NCBI GenBank assembly: GCA_965644295.1
Contig: CBFFRP010000460.1
Coordinates: 1-47,647, forward strand
Source of the DNA: Paraphysomonas bandaiensis
Taxonomy: Eukaryota; Protista; Chrysophyceae
Length of the DNA stretch: 47,647 nucleotides
Direction: 5' to 3'
Both the position numbers and the translations under genes were made by a program. This document shows, piece after piece, positions 26,645 to 39,419 of this stretch. The notes beneath the pieces were generated by a model. The model had not been told where the DNA came from, searched no databases, and saw nothing but the letters and a program-made list of their open reading frames with translations. Within the stretch, counting starts at the first letter, position 1. Each line of letters opens with the position of its first letter.

Positions 26645-28977
26645 GGTATTTGTGCGGAATGGTACTATTAGTGTGAATGTTACTTCTTCGGCTGATCCGT
26701 ATATACGGTGGAAATTGTTGTTGTTGTAAGCGTTCTAGATGATTGCTTCAATGAACAAGCATTCATGTATTTAATCAATCATTTTCGTTTGTTTAAATGT
26801 ACCATCAAGCTCACTTTCAACGTTAGTCTCAATGCTAGTTAATGGGTATCCTAATCCTATCTAAATTGTTTAATCATTTTTTTGCAATTGCACAATATAT
26901 GATCTACATTTTATATTCCTCATCGGGAAGTAAACTCAGCTCTAACTTTAAAAAGTTGATGCTATCACAAGTTATCATATGATATTATTGTACTATGTTT
27001 TATATATAAATAGAAAATAAGTATTTTTTACCAAGTCATCGCTTTTGCACAGTCTAATAATAATTTAATATAAATTAAATGATACCTACGAGAAAACGCG
27101 AAAACGGATAAGCTGATTAGAGCTTTAGAGGTAGAATTATTGGTGAAATGCATACTCAATTGTATGTATACTATTATTACATATATGCAATTGCACTGCT
27201 TGTCAATATGGTATATTTATGCCACCTATACCACCCACACCACATACATGGCATACATTATACACCTTATCCATTGTTGCATACATACTGCACTTCACAC
27301 ATTCAACATAGTGTGCTGCATTCGTACTGATTCTTCTCTAGCTGCAGATAAAAAAAGAATTAGATATTATCAATAAAGAATATATAAGTACATCCATACC
27401 TTATACTTCCTATATATGTATGTACATCACCATCTATGCCCATCATTACTCTCTTATTACCATGCTTGCTATATAGCATATATATTGTACACTTGCTTGT
27501 ATTGGATCCATGTCTTGTCACAAGCATGTATATATGACATGAATATGATGTATGTATAATAGTATATGTACACAATGTATCACCTGAGTGTCCCTTTATC
27601 TGGTTGTGAGGCCATTAGTGCCCTGTGTGTGTGGTATACTCCCACGGCAAGCAGCAGTAGGCTCTAACTTCTTGTGTTCATAATATTTGTAGCCGTAATT
27701 TGCCTAGCATATATCTGTCATTATGGATTAGACTAGTGTGCCAAGTATCAACATTCATCTCTTACCAGTTATGGAGCTCTGGCATGCATCTGTGATTTGC
27801 ATTCAGTGCAGTCATTCTAGGTTGTCGTCCTTCTAGTGGTCCTAATAGTCGCACACCACATATAACACCGAGATTTAACACTATTCTACTACCCGCCTAC
27901 TCATGTACCAAGGTAGCTGGCCGTATATATCACTCGCATTTCGGTTGCCGATTACGCGGGATTTGTCATAGCTATGCATGACTTATATATAATATAATTC
28001 GCACAGGTTCTTGTATCAAGAAAAATTATGTCTCAGATAATATATATACTGTTTCTTTTCATCTCCACCACTGATTGCTTTCAGCTTTTGATGTCTCCAC
28101 CACGAACTTTTGGGTTATCTGAAACATACTAACAACTGTTAACTTTTTATGAACGTGGTTATACTACAGAGAGTGTATTTTAAGTAGCTTTTATATAATA
28201 ATATACAGGTGCATTGCAGTAACAATGGTTTCGATGCTACGGTGTCATTTTAAACATACTAAATTTTTTATTTGTGCCTACGAAACCTGTAAAATCTATA
28301 AAACTTAGTAGTCTCAGCTGCCACTTTTTACTTATAATATTATTTAAAGTTGGTGTGATCGTGAAACCTGGTAAAGTGATTTCACCAGGTTTCATATATG
28401 GAAAAGTGTCGTATAAGTACTTATTTGAAGACTAGGGTTAATGTTAATTACAATTTAGTTGTTGTATATTTTCAATTATATATATTTTAAAAATATTTTG
28501 CTAAAATATTGTATTATATTGTCACTTTTCATATAAATCTACTGTAATAATACTTATGAAAATCTCACATCAACGTAACTATATATTATACATTATACAC
28601 ATACAATACATGATTAGATACTATATTACTTTAAAGATAATACTATAAATGAAACACAGTGTAGTTTCTAGCTACTAGTAGTCTTAGAATATGTTCGAAT
28701 AATCTAGTTGTGGACCAAATGGCACTCTTTAGCTTAGTAGGAACGTTGGTTACATAAATCATGTTGAGATTAATATAGCTGTTGTGATACGCCTGACTTT
28801 ATTATTAGCTGCGAAATAAGCGTGTACAACTAATTTTTGGCATTGCGATTTAACTACTAAAACTAGTGCTTAACTCTGATATCCTACTATTTAGCGCTAC
28901 ACGAAAGCTGCTTGTGCGTCACCGCAAACACCAAGGTGCACCCACTTTTGCTCTCTATCACTCAAAAAGTAAACACA

Positions 28978-29486
28978 GTGAGCAAGCAGAATGTTGCTAT
29001 ATGCCTGTCATCTGCTGACTTCAGGATTTTTGAGTCCTTAAGGTGAACAGCCCGGATGTTTGACTTCAGTAGACAGCCCAATACCCCGGATACCCTTGAG
29101 GTGGAGCCATTCCCGGATACCCTTGATCCTGTTTATTCGTCAAGGGCCAATGGCTTCTACACAAGTCACACATATTAGTGTCCCTTGAACTACACAAGCA
29201 GTTGGCTATGAGTGGGCAGAACAATATCTGCTGACTATATACATGTGGCTCACGTTAGTTTCCCGGAGAAATGTCTGCGGTACTTATCCCTCAGAACACA
29301 ACGAAAAGGTGCAAGTCGGACATTGTTGAGGGGTGATACGAAAATTACTTTTACTTATATTAGTTTATTCGTAGCATCACCTGCAGGCAGCACGATATAT
29401 AGTTGAGTAACTTTCTATGTTTGCATATAGAAGAGCTTTTATACGTAATGATGTAATATAGAATTATAGAAATTCGCGCGATATGT
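28978..29486 (+). repeat. About 500-bp dispersed direct repeat, copy 1
   Basis: From gtgagcaagcagaatgttg to aattcgcgcgatatgta; highly similar to 33697-34197 with scattered substitutions and small indels. Confidence 0.95.
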
Positions 29487-29496
29487 ATATATATGG

Positions 29497-30160
29497 CAGG
29501 GCTAGGAAACAATATTTTGCAATACAATTGTTAGAGAGCGTTCCAACAATACTATTGATGGAGATTTTAAACAGGCCCAACAATACAATTACAATATATT
29601 GGATTATATTAGTATGACTAATCGTTTATAGTAAATACATCCGTAGATTCCATTTTTAGTATTAGTCATTAAGATCACATGCAACCAAACCAAATAGTGC
29701 TTATAGCTAATAAAAATCCGCCTCTTCCTCATCCTCTGAGCCATCATTGGTGAAGTCAACATCACCATATTCATCCACAGAATTAATTGAAATACGCTAG
29801 TATCCGGCCAAAACTGTCGATTAGCTTTCAGAAACAACAGCATATTAAGTAGGATGGATACCTTGCGCAACACTGATATAATATGTTTAGCTGTGCTGAA
29901 CAGACGTTCCCATGTATTGGAAGTATATACTACATGACTCGTGCCACCTGATACCTTGTTTGACTACTCCGCATAAAAAACCTTATTTATAAAGCTTCCG
30001 AGCATTCTTTTGCATAATTACCCAGTGATTCATCAGTGAATGATTATTCATCATCATAAATTATTGAGATCTACTTCTGAAGTTATCTGACTTTCTGGTA
30101 GATATCGCCAATGAATCTTTCTTTCCTGTAGCCCGGCGAATTGAGTAGTCCGTCTCTCAG
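29497..30160 (-). mobile_element. Truncated hAT transposon relic (C-terminal dimerisation domain plus one terminus)
   Basis: The minus strand 29924-~29780 reads TSNTWERLFSTAKHIISVLRKVSILLNMLLFLKANRQFW (hATC motif S..ERLFS.A...R....L..LLFLK.N). A hAT-like terminus CAGGGCTAGG lies at 29497, downstream of it. No second terminus was found and the right boundary is approximate. Confidence 0.75.
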
Positions 30161-30561
30161 TTTCAGAGTGAATCAACTACTACGTATACACTACTTGTAG
30201 CTTGTTGAAAATATAGTTACTATATAACAACTATCCCGTATTTTATGTCGCAATGAAAAAAATACAATAGAGTAGATATTACGTATGCAAAGAATCTGAA
30301 AATATAGTTGTAGTGTTAAAATGTTCCACAAACAGAGTGTTACAACATCAGAATCTTACTATATCTTTCCTAACGTAATTCAGTAAGTACTGTGAAACTT
30401 AGAGTAACATATTTAACAAACTCAAGGTTATGGTTTATTGGTAATTAGCAATTTCTTCCGTGTTGACATACAGTAACAATATATATACATAGCAATATCT
30501 TCTAATCTTAGCAATATAAGATTTGTATAACTTCACAATCTCCCATTTCAGTGAAGCCCTG

Positions 30562-33127
30562 TTATACCAACTTCCTCGACTTTGATGAATTTTCCTCACC
30601 TTCATAGTCCCGGGCACGCTTATCATCAGATAGCTTAATTTCGTCAAAAAGATTCGAAATATCTTTCTTAATCTTTTCCACTACCGCCAAATCATCGATA
30701 TCAGGCACTTTAGAAAGGTGACCTTTAAAGAGCTTCACCAACTCATTTATAATCTTCACCTTCTTAGCTTTAGCGCCCGAGGGATTATTTCTCACCTTAA
30801 CCATGTAAGAACCAGAATCAGAAGTTACTTCTTTATTCTCTGCCGTCACTTTGATCAGAGTTTTAAACCTACTTCCAGAATAATTCTTACTCAGTACCCC
30901 TTCACCAGGTAACTTCTGTTTTACAACATAACCGCCACTGTCACTTTTAAAGGCTTCCAGCAAGAACTTGTTACATTTAGATTTTATTTGGTCAGACTCG
31001 TCAACAAGTGTTACCTTGACTTTAGTGTCCTCAATGACAGGATTTGGTTCATTTGAGTTGTCCAACAATAACATTAACTCAATACTAGCATTCTCTTCGA
31101 TATTCTCAACAATTGCACCATCAGTATCTTGAATACTGAATCTAATTTCCTTATAATTGTTAGGAACGGGGGCTTTAACGTACTGTGTTGTGTAAGTATC
31201 TTCCAAGTTACTAATAACAACTCCCCAGTCCACTAGACGTCCGGAACTGATAGTTTTACCCGATATTGACATAAAACTGATAGGTTTACCCGAGATTAAT
31301 ACAGAAAAATCTTTTCCGGCCAAGGACTTATTGTTATCCGAATTACATATCCGAAGGTGAATTCCAACACTATCCTCGTAAATACCTTCCTAATTAAGAA
31401 GATGATTGACAAATCACAGTGACAATCTTCTTCAAACATACCACTTCAACCTCCTTATTGTCCCCAATCGTACGCAATGAGATCCTTGATGCAATATGTT
31501 CGGACCTACAGTTTATTACATCATTCAAAGCACTAAAAATATAATGAAATGTTACCTTTTACCCGGAAGCTTTATACAAAGCGTCAATCCGATATATGCT
31601 TTTATTACGTCACTGGTATCTGATTTCATCTCTGTAGGAATAAACGGGTGGATACTCCATAATGATTGATATGGAGAGATCATTTCATTCCTCTCATATG
31701 TATTATCGTCCTGTTTTTCTGATTTGATAGTGTCAGATTGGGTAGTGGTATACCTCTCTGTAGGTGTGAGAGGTAAGAACGGGGGGGTACTCTGTGATAA
31801 TGACTGTGATAGAAAGATCATTTCATTCCTCTCATATGTATTATCGTCCTGTTTTTCTGATTTGATAGTGTCAGATTGGGTAGTGGTATACCTCTCTGTA
31901 TGTGTTAGAGGTAAGAACGGGGGGGTACTCTGTGATAATGATTGTAATAGAGAGATCATTTCATTCCTCTCATGTGTATTATCGTCCTGTTTTTCTGATT
32001 TGATAGTGTCAGATTGGGTAGTGGTATACCATCCTTCTGAAGCAGTGGTATCCAATTTCATCTCTGTATGTGTTAGAGGTAAGAACGGGGGGGTACTCTG
32101 TGATAATGACTGTGATAGAAAGATCATTTCATTCCTCTCATATGTATTATCACCCTGTTTTTCTGTTTTGATAGTATCAGATTGGGTAGTGGTATACCAT
32201 CCTTCTGAAGCAGTGGTATCTGATTTCATCTCTGTAGGAATAAACGGGTGGATACTCCATAATGATTGATATGGAGAGATCATTTCATTCCTCTCATATG
32301 TATTATCACCCTGTTTTTCTGTTTTGATAGTGTCAGATTGGGTAGTGGTATACCTCTCTGTATGTGTTAGAGGTAAGAACGGGGGGGTACTCTGTGATAA
32401 TGATTGTAATAGAGAGATCATTTCATTCCTCTCATGTGTATTATCGTCCTGTTTTTCTGATTTGATAGTGTCAGATTGGGTAGTGGTATACCATCCTTCT
32501 GAAGCAGTGGTATCCAATTTCATCTCTGTATGTGTTAGAGGTAAGAACGGGGGGGTACTCTGTGATAATGACTGTGATAGAAAGATCATTTCATTCCTCT
32601 CATATGTATTATCACCCTGTTTTTCTGTTTTGATAGTATCAGATTGGGTAGTGGTATACCATCCTTCTGAAGCAGTGGTATCTGATTTCATCTCTGTAGG
32701 AATAAACGGGTGGATACTCCATAATGATTGATATGGAGAGATCATTTCATTCCTCTCATATGTATTATCACCCTGTTTTTCTGTTTTGATAGTGTCAGAT
32801 TGGGTAGTGGTATACCTCTCTGTATGTGTTAGAGGTAAGAACGGGGGGGTACTCTGTGATAATGATTGTAATAGAGAGATCATTTCATTCCTCTCATGTG
32901 TATTATCGTCCTGTTTTTCTGTTTTGATAGTATCAGATTGGGTAGTGGTATACCATCCTTCTGAGTTAAGGCTACCTGGAGTTGAACTATTCAACCTGTA
33001 TCTTACATTAGGACATATGTATGTATGTACAGGGCATCACTGCACAGGTGAAGCATTACATGTCATCAATATCACTCGTATTGTAGTCATCAATTGTCTC
33101 ATATAAAGATATCTCCCTCAATGACAT
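30562..33127 (-). CDS. Tandem-repeat protein with a C-terminal beta-rich domain, possible nuclear/transcription factor; exons ~33127-33060, 32995-31555, 31505-31442, 31389-30562
   Basis: GT-AG introns join MSLREISLYETIDDYNTSDIDDM / LNSSTPGS...KLPGKR / SEHIASRISLRTIGDNKEVEV / EGIYEDSVGIHLRICNSDNNKSLAGKDF...KSRKLV* in one frame, linking the 480-aa and 253-aa ORFs. Confidence 0.7.
31615..32965. repeat. Coding tandem repeat: 9 modules of about 138-168 bp with a 462-bp higher-order unit
   Basis: Core YTTTQSDTIK(T/S)EKQ(D/G)DNT(H/Y)ERNEMI x9 with three alternating linker types; identical blocks recur at a 462-bp offset (32324 vs 32786). Confidence 0.95.
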
Positions 33128-33696
33128 GATATCGATAAGCATCTATCGTTAGTTTTAATGGGGAGTATATTATGAGGTGTGACTGATGTTGATGTGTGTT
33201 ACTGTAGTGTGTGTTATGGTGTGTGTGTGTGTGTGTGTTACTATAGTGTGTTATGGTGTTATAGTGTGGTGTGTATGGAGTGTGCTGTAGGGTAGATTGT
33301 GTATTATATATGTCAGAGATATGGATAATTCTTGGACATATCGAGTAATATTCTTGAGAAATGCACAAAGAGAGTATGTACTACGGACTACTTCTACTGA
33401 TGTATGATTATACAGGACTGCTGTGGAAATCGATTTTATCGATTTATTCATCGTTTTTTTTATCAAAACTCTCAGATTTTATGAACTCTCGGTGTTATAT
33501 GTGGTGTACCAGCAGGCCTACACACTCGGAATTAATATTATGATACTAAGATGTCTTGTCCCCTATTATGTACGTCATCAATAATTGCCTTCTTAATTAC
33601 TTTATTTCTTCAATTTCTATTCATAGTCCATAAAAACTCTACTACTATCAATATCGTCTTTGTGTTCTATTATCTTCTTCATCATATCGCCTAGAT

Positions 33697-34197
33697 GTGA
33701 GCCAGCAGAATGTTGATATATGCCTGACATCTGCTGACTTCAGGATTTTTGAGTCCTTAAGGTGAACAGCCCGGATGTTTGACTTCAGTAGACAGCCCAA
33801 TACCCCGGATACCCTTGAGGTGGAGCCATTCCCGGATGCCTGTTTATTCGTCAAGGGCCAAAGACTTCTACACAAGTCACACATATTAGTGTCCCTTGAA
33901 CTACACAAGCATTTGGCTATGAGTGGGCAGAACAATATCTGCTGACTATATATACGGCTCACGTTAGTTTCCCGGAGAAATATCTGCGGTACTTATCCCT
34001 CAGAACACAGCGAAAAGGTGCAAGTCGGACATTGTTGAGGAGTGATACGAAAATTACTTTTACTTATATTAGTTTATTCGTAGCATCACCTGCAGGCAGC
34101 ACGATATGTAGCTCAGTAACTTTCTATGTTTGCATACTATAGAAGAGCTTATACGTAATGATGTAATATAGAATTATAGAAATTCGCGCGATATGTA
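33697..34197 (+). repeat. About 500-bp dispersed direct repeat, copy 2
   Basis: Matches 28978-29486. Confidence 0.95.
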
Positions 34198-34240
34198 GAT
34201 GTGTATCCACGAAGCATAGATAGGCTCACATCATGGTAAT

Positions 34241-35614
34241 AGGACTGGTTTTAACCACACTCAAAAACCACACTCACCTTCACAGCACAAAAAACACTGT
34301 TGTTATGTACGGAAAAAACGTAACAGTCAATTCGGACTGGACTCAAAGGAAGTATGTGAATTCATATGACAGCAGCGGCCAACACTCCCAGTGACCCAAT
34401 CACAGGGCAAAATGATGTGACAGAATCACAGGGTAACTTCATTATATTCGACTCATTCATATACTTAAAGATGTCTCCAAAGGAGAGCAGATCCAATACT
34501 AAAGAGCGCATAGAGAAGGCTGCACAACGAGCCAAAATAGGGGCTGAGTCGAAGAAGGTTCAAAAACAGTGGAAGCGGATTGGTTTGAGACATGAATCGT
34601 TTCATTTGCCTGATTCAGACCTTCTCAGTCAATATCCAACGTTAGAGCTGCGAAGGCTAACGCTCCTGAGCATATTTCTTTAGTTTGTTACACCTGCACT
34701 TGTCACGACAATTGCTCGAGATATAGATCCTGAGCACCTCGTTTTCAACAAAGGAAACTCTGTGCTGTTCACTGTGAGTAAGATATAAGATGCGTGCTAT
34801 TTGGATTCGTATGTATGGCGAACAATTCGTGTTTACTGGTGTCCAGAAGAAGGTCCGTCCACTGTGTTAAGGATTGGAATAATACCGAAAAGAGTTCAGA
34901 AGAAATTATCCTACGATTACGTCGTTTGGCATACTATTTGCCGAAACATTCACTGCCAACTTTACGTTTGACAAGCTCTACTCTGAAGATGTCTCCTTGA
35001 AGTTTAAGAGTATTCGTTGAGGGATTATTAATCCGAAGCAATTCCTGCGTTGACACGATTGGTGCAGCACGGAGTTGATATGTGGGGAAAATGGAAGGGG
35101 TATAGAACAAAAGAAAGAAGCAAATAGTTGTGCACGCTCATAGGAAAGATGGGAAGCAACACACAGTATTAAGTAATGCGTACACGAGGCGGACAACCAA
35201 GGTCTCGACATCATATATGTATTCCTGTGATTGATGACTATTACAAGCTGTTTTATGCCTATGACAAATACAACAAGCAAATCAAACAGAGGGTATGACG
35301 GTATGACCACACAGGGATGGTGGCAATGGGCGTTTGGGTGAGGCGGGAGAGCATAACTCGTTTATGTTTTGTTGTATAATAGAAAACACTGTCAACGCAT
35401 ATCGTCATATAATGAATGTCGATTCCGAAGATTTTGAGTACTTTGGTTATTGTCAAACTCTAGCAAACGATTTGTATGTGTATGCAAGCACACTCTCTGA
35501 TAGTACTATTTAGTAGAGTAATACAATAAATTTAATAGATATGAACGTAAATATAGTACTGCTTATAAGTGTGGTTACTGACTGTGGTTAATGAGTGTGG
35601 TTAAGACCAGACTG
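34241..35614 (+). mobile_element. Degenerate TIR DNA transposon with frameshifted piggyBac-like transposase remnant
   Basis: Left end ctggttttaaccacactcaaaaaccacactca matches the reverse complement of the right end, ctggtcttaaccacactcattaaccacagtca. Internal broken frames read IPVIDDYYKLFYAYDKYNKQIKQR and FMFCCIIENTVNAYR...YCQTLANDL, similar to the piggyBac DYN...VD..DQ and NAY...LA..L motifs. No TTAA TSD is visible. Confidence 0.6.
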
Positions 35615-35814
35615 TGTGCTTTCATGAACAATAAATAAGTGGGGGACCACAGACGTCTTCTCACAATATTGTAATCTTTCATTAATTACTATAACAATCA
35701 ATACCACGAACTCTATGCGAACCATTCGTGTTTCAACCATAAAGTCTCAGCTAACTACTAACTACCAATCCATTCATTAAAGACAAGTTTTTTTTGGTAA
35801 ACAACGTGTTTAGC

Positions 35815-38800
35815 TTACTCCCTAAGAGGCGTCTCAGTAACTGTGACTTGTGTCTCTGTGGAAGGAGAATTCGCCAATGTGGTCAGTAAATCTTTCATTT
35901 CCTACACATCAGATGTTATACGTAATCGCTGACTGTTGTGAAGAAGGGAATCATACAAAGTGGACTATCATATAGTTGACACAATCACATAAAGTACCTC
36001 AACAGAGGGCAAGTATGTGCCAGCAGTGTGGTCGTCACTTTTGCCAATATGAACGCTAAAGGCCGCACACGTGTCAATTCCATCTTGTGGTCTGCTTTTC
36101 GATATTTCACCATAAACCGCCTGGAAGCCCAAAAGAAGTGTTCAGTGAGGCGTTACACACTCATACAGAAAAAACGTACATCAAACATCTTGTTATCGTT
36201 CGGCTCGTTGCCGGCTACTAGAACAAATGATGGGAGCTTAGATGCACGGATAGCTGCAATACGGCGTAGGTACTCCGTCACAATAACACCCTAAAATAAG
36301 GGACAGTCAGATAAGATATAAACTGGCAAAGAGATCAACAGAATGTCCTGGTGGTCAACAATAGCAAATCTAGATACATGGATGTGTACCTTATGAACGA
36401 TACGAGGAACAATCTCTAATGAAGCTGGAAGGGACACAACTCTGACATCGTAGTTCACCAATGCAGTCTCAAGCTCAATGCGCAGCTGAACTACTTGCTT
36501 TTCACCCCATTCCGGATCCGCACCAAAGTAGCTCCACCCAATTCCCGGTGCACGCGAGGTCATATAGGTTCCATTTGTACGGGTGGTAAACTTGGTCATG
36601 ATCGGTATAGCGATACTCTTGACTGCGTCCCAGTCAATCGACAAATCCATTTGATCCCAAACACGCCCAGCACAGAAAGAATCGCCTTGTGGGCGGGTCC
36701 AGTTAAAGCTTTCCGTACCACGTGGGCTTCGGGGGGTAACAACAGGGGCCACGTCGGAAGATCGAGGTCGGTCCTCTTCGTCCTCATTCTTGAACCCCTC
36801 TCTCGAACGAAATATGTGGTTTACATCTTCTTGACTCTCCTCGCCAGAGTCCAACTCGCTATCTCCCTCAGAAGACACAGAAACACAACATGATTGCGCA
36901 GAAGCTTCAATTCTTTCCTCCATAGATAGCACCCCTCGCCCCCAGGAACAAACAAGACCATTAGATGCTGCAATGGTAACGTTATCTAGATCATCAAATA
37001 CGGACCCGAGTTTTTTGCGAGTCAGTGAAGTGATAATCATAATAGAATTATTTTCATCCTCGCTGAGCTTCTTCAGTGCACTCATGACGGCTGGGGAGGG
37101 CTCACGTCCAGCAACCGAGTACATAGACTGTTTCATATATATATCAACCTTCTCGTGCGCAATAAGTGTCCCACCATAGTCTAGTATAAACACCCGACTG
37201 CCTGTGTTGGTCAGACCTCTGGTCAGTAATGCATTCTCATAGGCACTGATGACATATGGAATGTGCAGAGGCATGCTCTCCATGATTTCATGTTGAGTGC
37301 AACTTTGACCCTGTTTATTGCGCCGATGCATATGAGCGCACTTGTTGTCGTGCCGACCGGGTGCACTGAGGCTTTCTTTACTCCCCAAATCCGTCAGAAT
37401 CTGGTTCGTCCACTGAGCAGACGTATGCGTTTGAACGAACTTCAAATCACGTTGTCGACGACTCTCTTTGTCTTTGAGTGACATATTCACCGCACGATGT
37501 AGTACATCGGCCACATTACGGAAATTAAAAGGGTTAATTTTCATCGACCCATTTAGCAAAGACGAACAGGCAGAAAACTCAGAAGCCACCACCACTCCAG
37601 CATCCGGGAGATCTTTGCGGCAATATATGTACTCTAACGGCATGAGATTAAGACCTTCTCGTATACTGGTCAAGAGGAAAACATCACCAACGGTCCACAG
37701 AGCCACTCTCTCATCCAGGGACGAATGATCCCTTTCGAAGTACTCTACTACCCGTGATCCATACTTAGCATTGAGTGCGTCGGCCATAGCTTTAAGCTCA
37801 TTAGAAGTATATTCCTCGTCTTCAGGTCGGAGATTGGGGCGAACTGTACACATCACAAGGCAGTACTTGGACCTGTGGTGTGAGTCTTCTAGAAACATCC
37901 TAAACGCTTCAAGTTTTAGTAGACAACCGCTCAATCGTTGACACGTATCCACGCATACAAATACTTTCTTTCCCTGAAGTTTGGTTTTCCACTTATTAAT
38001 CATCTTCACTGTGTCAGGTTCGTGAAGAGTTTGAGTTAGCACCGCCGGCTCGATGGATACATGACTCATGCTGATCACCAGCTCTCTACTCTTCACGGTA
38101 ACAGCTAACAGCCCACCGGGTAGGGTGTGAGAACGACTACCAAGCATACGACGTGTGGCATGAAGAAAGTGACGAGCGTAGTCGAATGTATGAAAGCCGA
38201 TCACATCAGACTCACATACAGATCGCAGAATGGAAAGCGCTGTAGGGAGTGACCGAAACACCTACATACTCATACTGTTAACATACAAACAAAAGCAAGT
38301 TTATAAAATTAATTCATTACGTATACAATTAATATCGCGGACAATTCATAACATATTATACTGTACCTGCGACGTTGGAAAAGGAATGTGAAGGAAAAAT
38401 ATTATCTTGCTGATGGGTCGGACATCCCGAAGCATACCGGGTAATAAGAAGAGATGGTAATCATGCACCCAGACAATATCCCCCACATTTGATATACTGA
38501 CCAGCTTGTCTGCAAAGGCTCTATTCATTGCTTGGTACGCTTCATAGCACCGGACGTCGCGATCAACGCTCCAAAAATTTGTCACTGCGGTTTCAAGATC
38601 GGCAGCTTTAGTCAGAGGTTCCGTTGCCCATACCGCATGCATGTGATCGAGATGCTCGACGTTATGAAAAGTCGGCCAAAGAATTTGCTTACAGTAGCGA
38701 TAATACGCATCTTGCACAAGAGCAGGATCAAAAAAGAGAGGAATACACTTCATAGCAGCGAGAACTCTGGTCAGCTCTTCTTTTTCAGAGTCCGATAATG

Positions 38801-39419
38801 GGTTCCCGGGAACAGAAACAGTACCTACCCAGTACTTATTGAGAGTGTAAAATATCGTCTCATCTCCTCGCATAGAAATTAATGAATGATTCCATGTCGC
38901 ATCAAAAGAAGCTTGTCCATTATCAGATTGAATCCTTTTAATTGTCACTGGCAAATGGTAACACGTTATATAAATCGTCCTTTCAGCCATTGAATCCAAA
39001 CTTGCTAATGAATCCACACTATCCGTATCTCTCATCGCTGCAATATCACTTAATGCAGGTAATAAGTCTTCTGAATCAGATGTCGTATTAATTAATTGAA
39101 ATGTATCAAATGTTTCTTCTACAAGTATATCGACATTATTAGGGACAATAGTACGATGACTTGTAGTTGCTTCATATGCTTTAAAATTCCCCCCTTCAAT
39201 AATACAATAACTATATGATACTTGTCTACCTCTTGGTACAACTATTGGTTCAAGTGTATACCATACTGGATAACTATCAGGCGTTGTAACTAAATGTATT
39301 AATTTCTTGGTATCAAAGTTTCCTAATGTTGATACACTACCCCCTATACCGACTGTTTGACCAAGAAGTGTTTTGGCTTTAACACGAAAGTGAATACGAC
39401 AGTATTTACCTTGATTCAT
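35815..39419 (-). CDS. CBM20 - trehalose-6-phosphate synthase (GT20) - trehalose phosphatase (HAD) fusion, about 5 exons
   Basis: CBM20-like IHFRVKAKTLLGQTVGIGGSVSTLGNF...YPVW; GT20 motifs YCKQILWPTFH, VWVHDYHL, FLHIPFPTSQVFR, DVIGFHTFDYARHF, REGLNL, SEF, INPFN; HAD-like ILDYGGTL, ADPEWG, LEIVP. Last exon ends ...TETPLRE* at 35815. Confidence 0.9.

Noticed and set aside
27585-27700. TPP riboswitch or tRNA
   Set aside because: No CUGAGA/AUACC-GAACCUGAU core or tRNA A/B boxes on either strand.
31724-33106. + strand ORFs MIVSDWVVVY...
   Set aside because: Antisense of the spliced minus-strand repeat gene; interrupted by periodic stops.
28978-34197. LTR retrotransposon interpretation of the direct repeats
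   Set aside because: No TG...CA termini, TSD, PBS/PPT or gag-pol; the interior holds an intron-containing gene.
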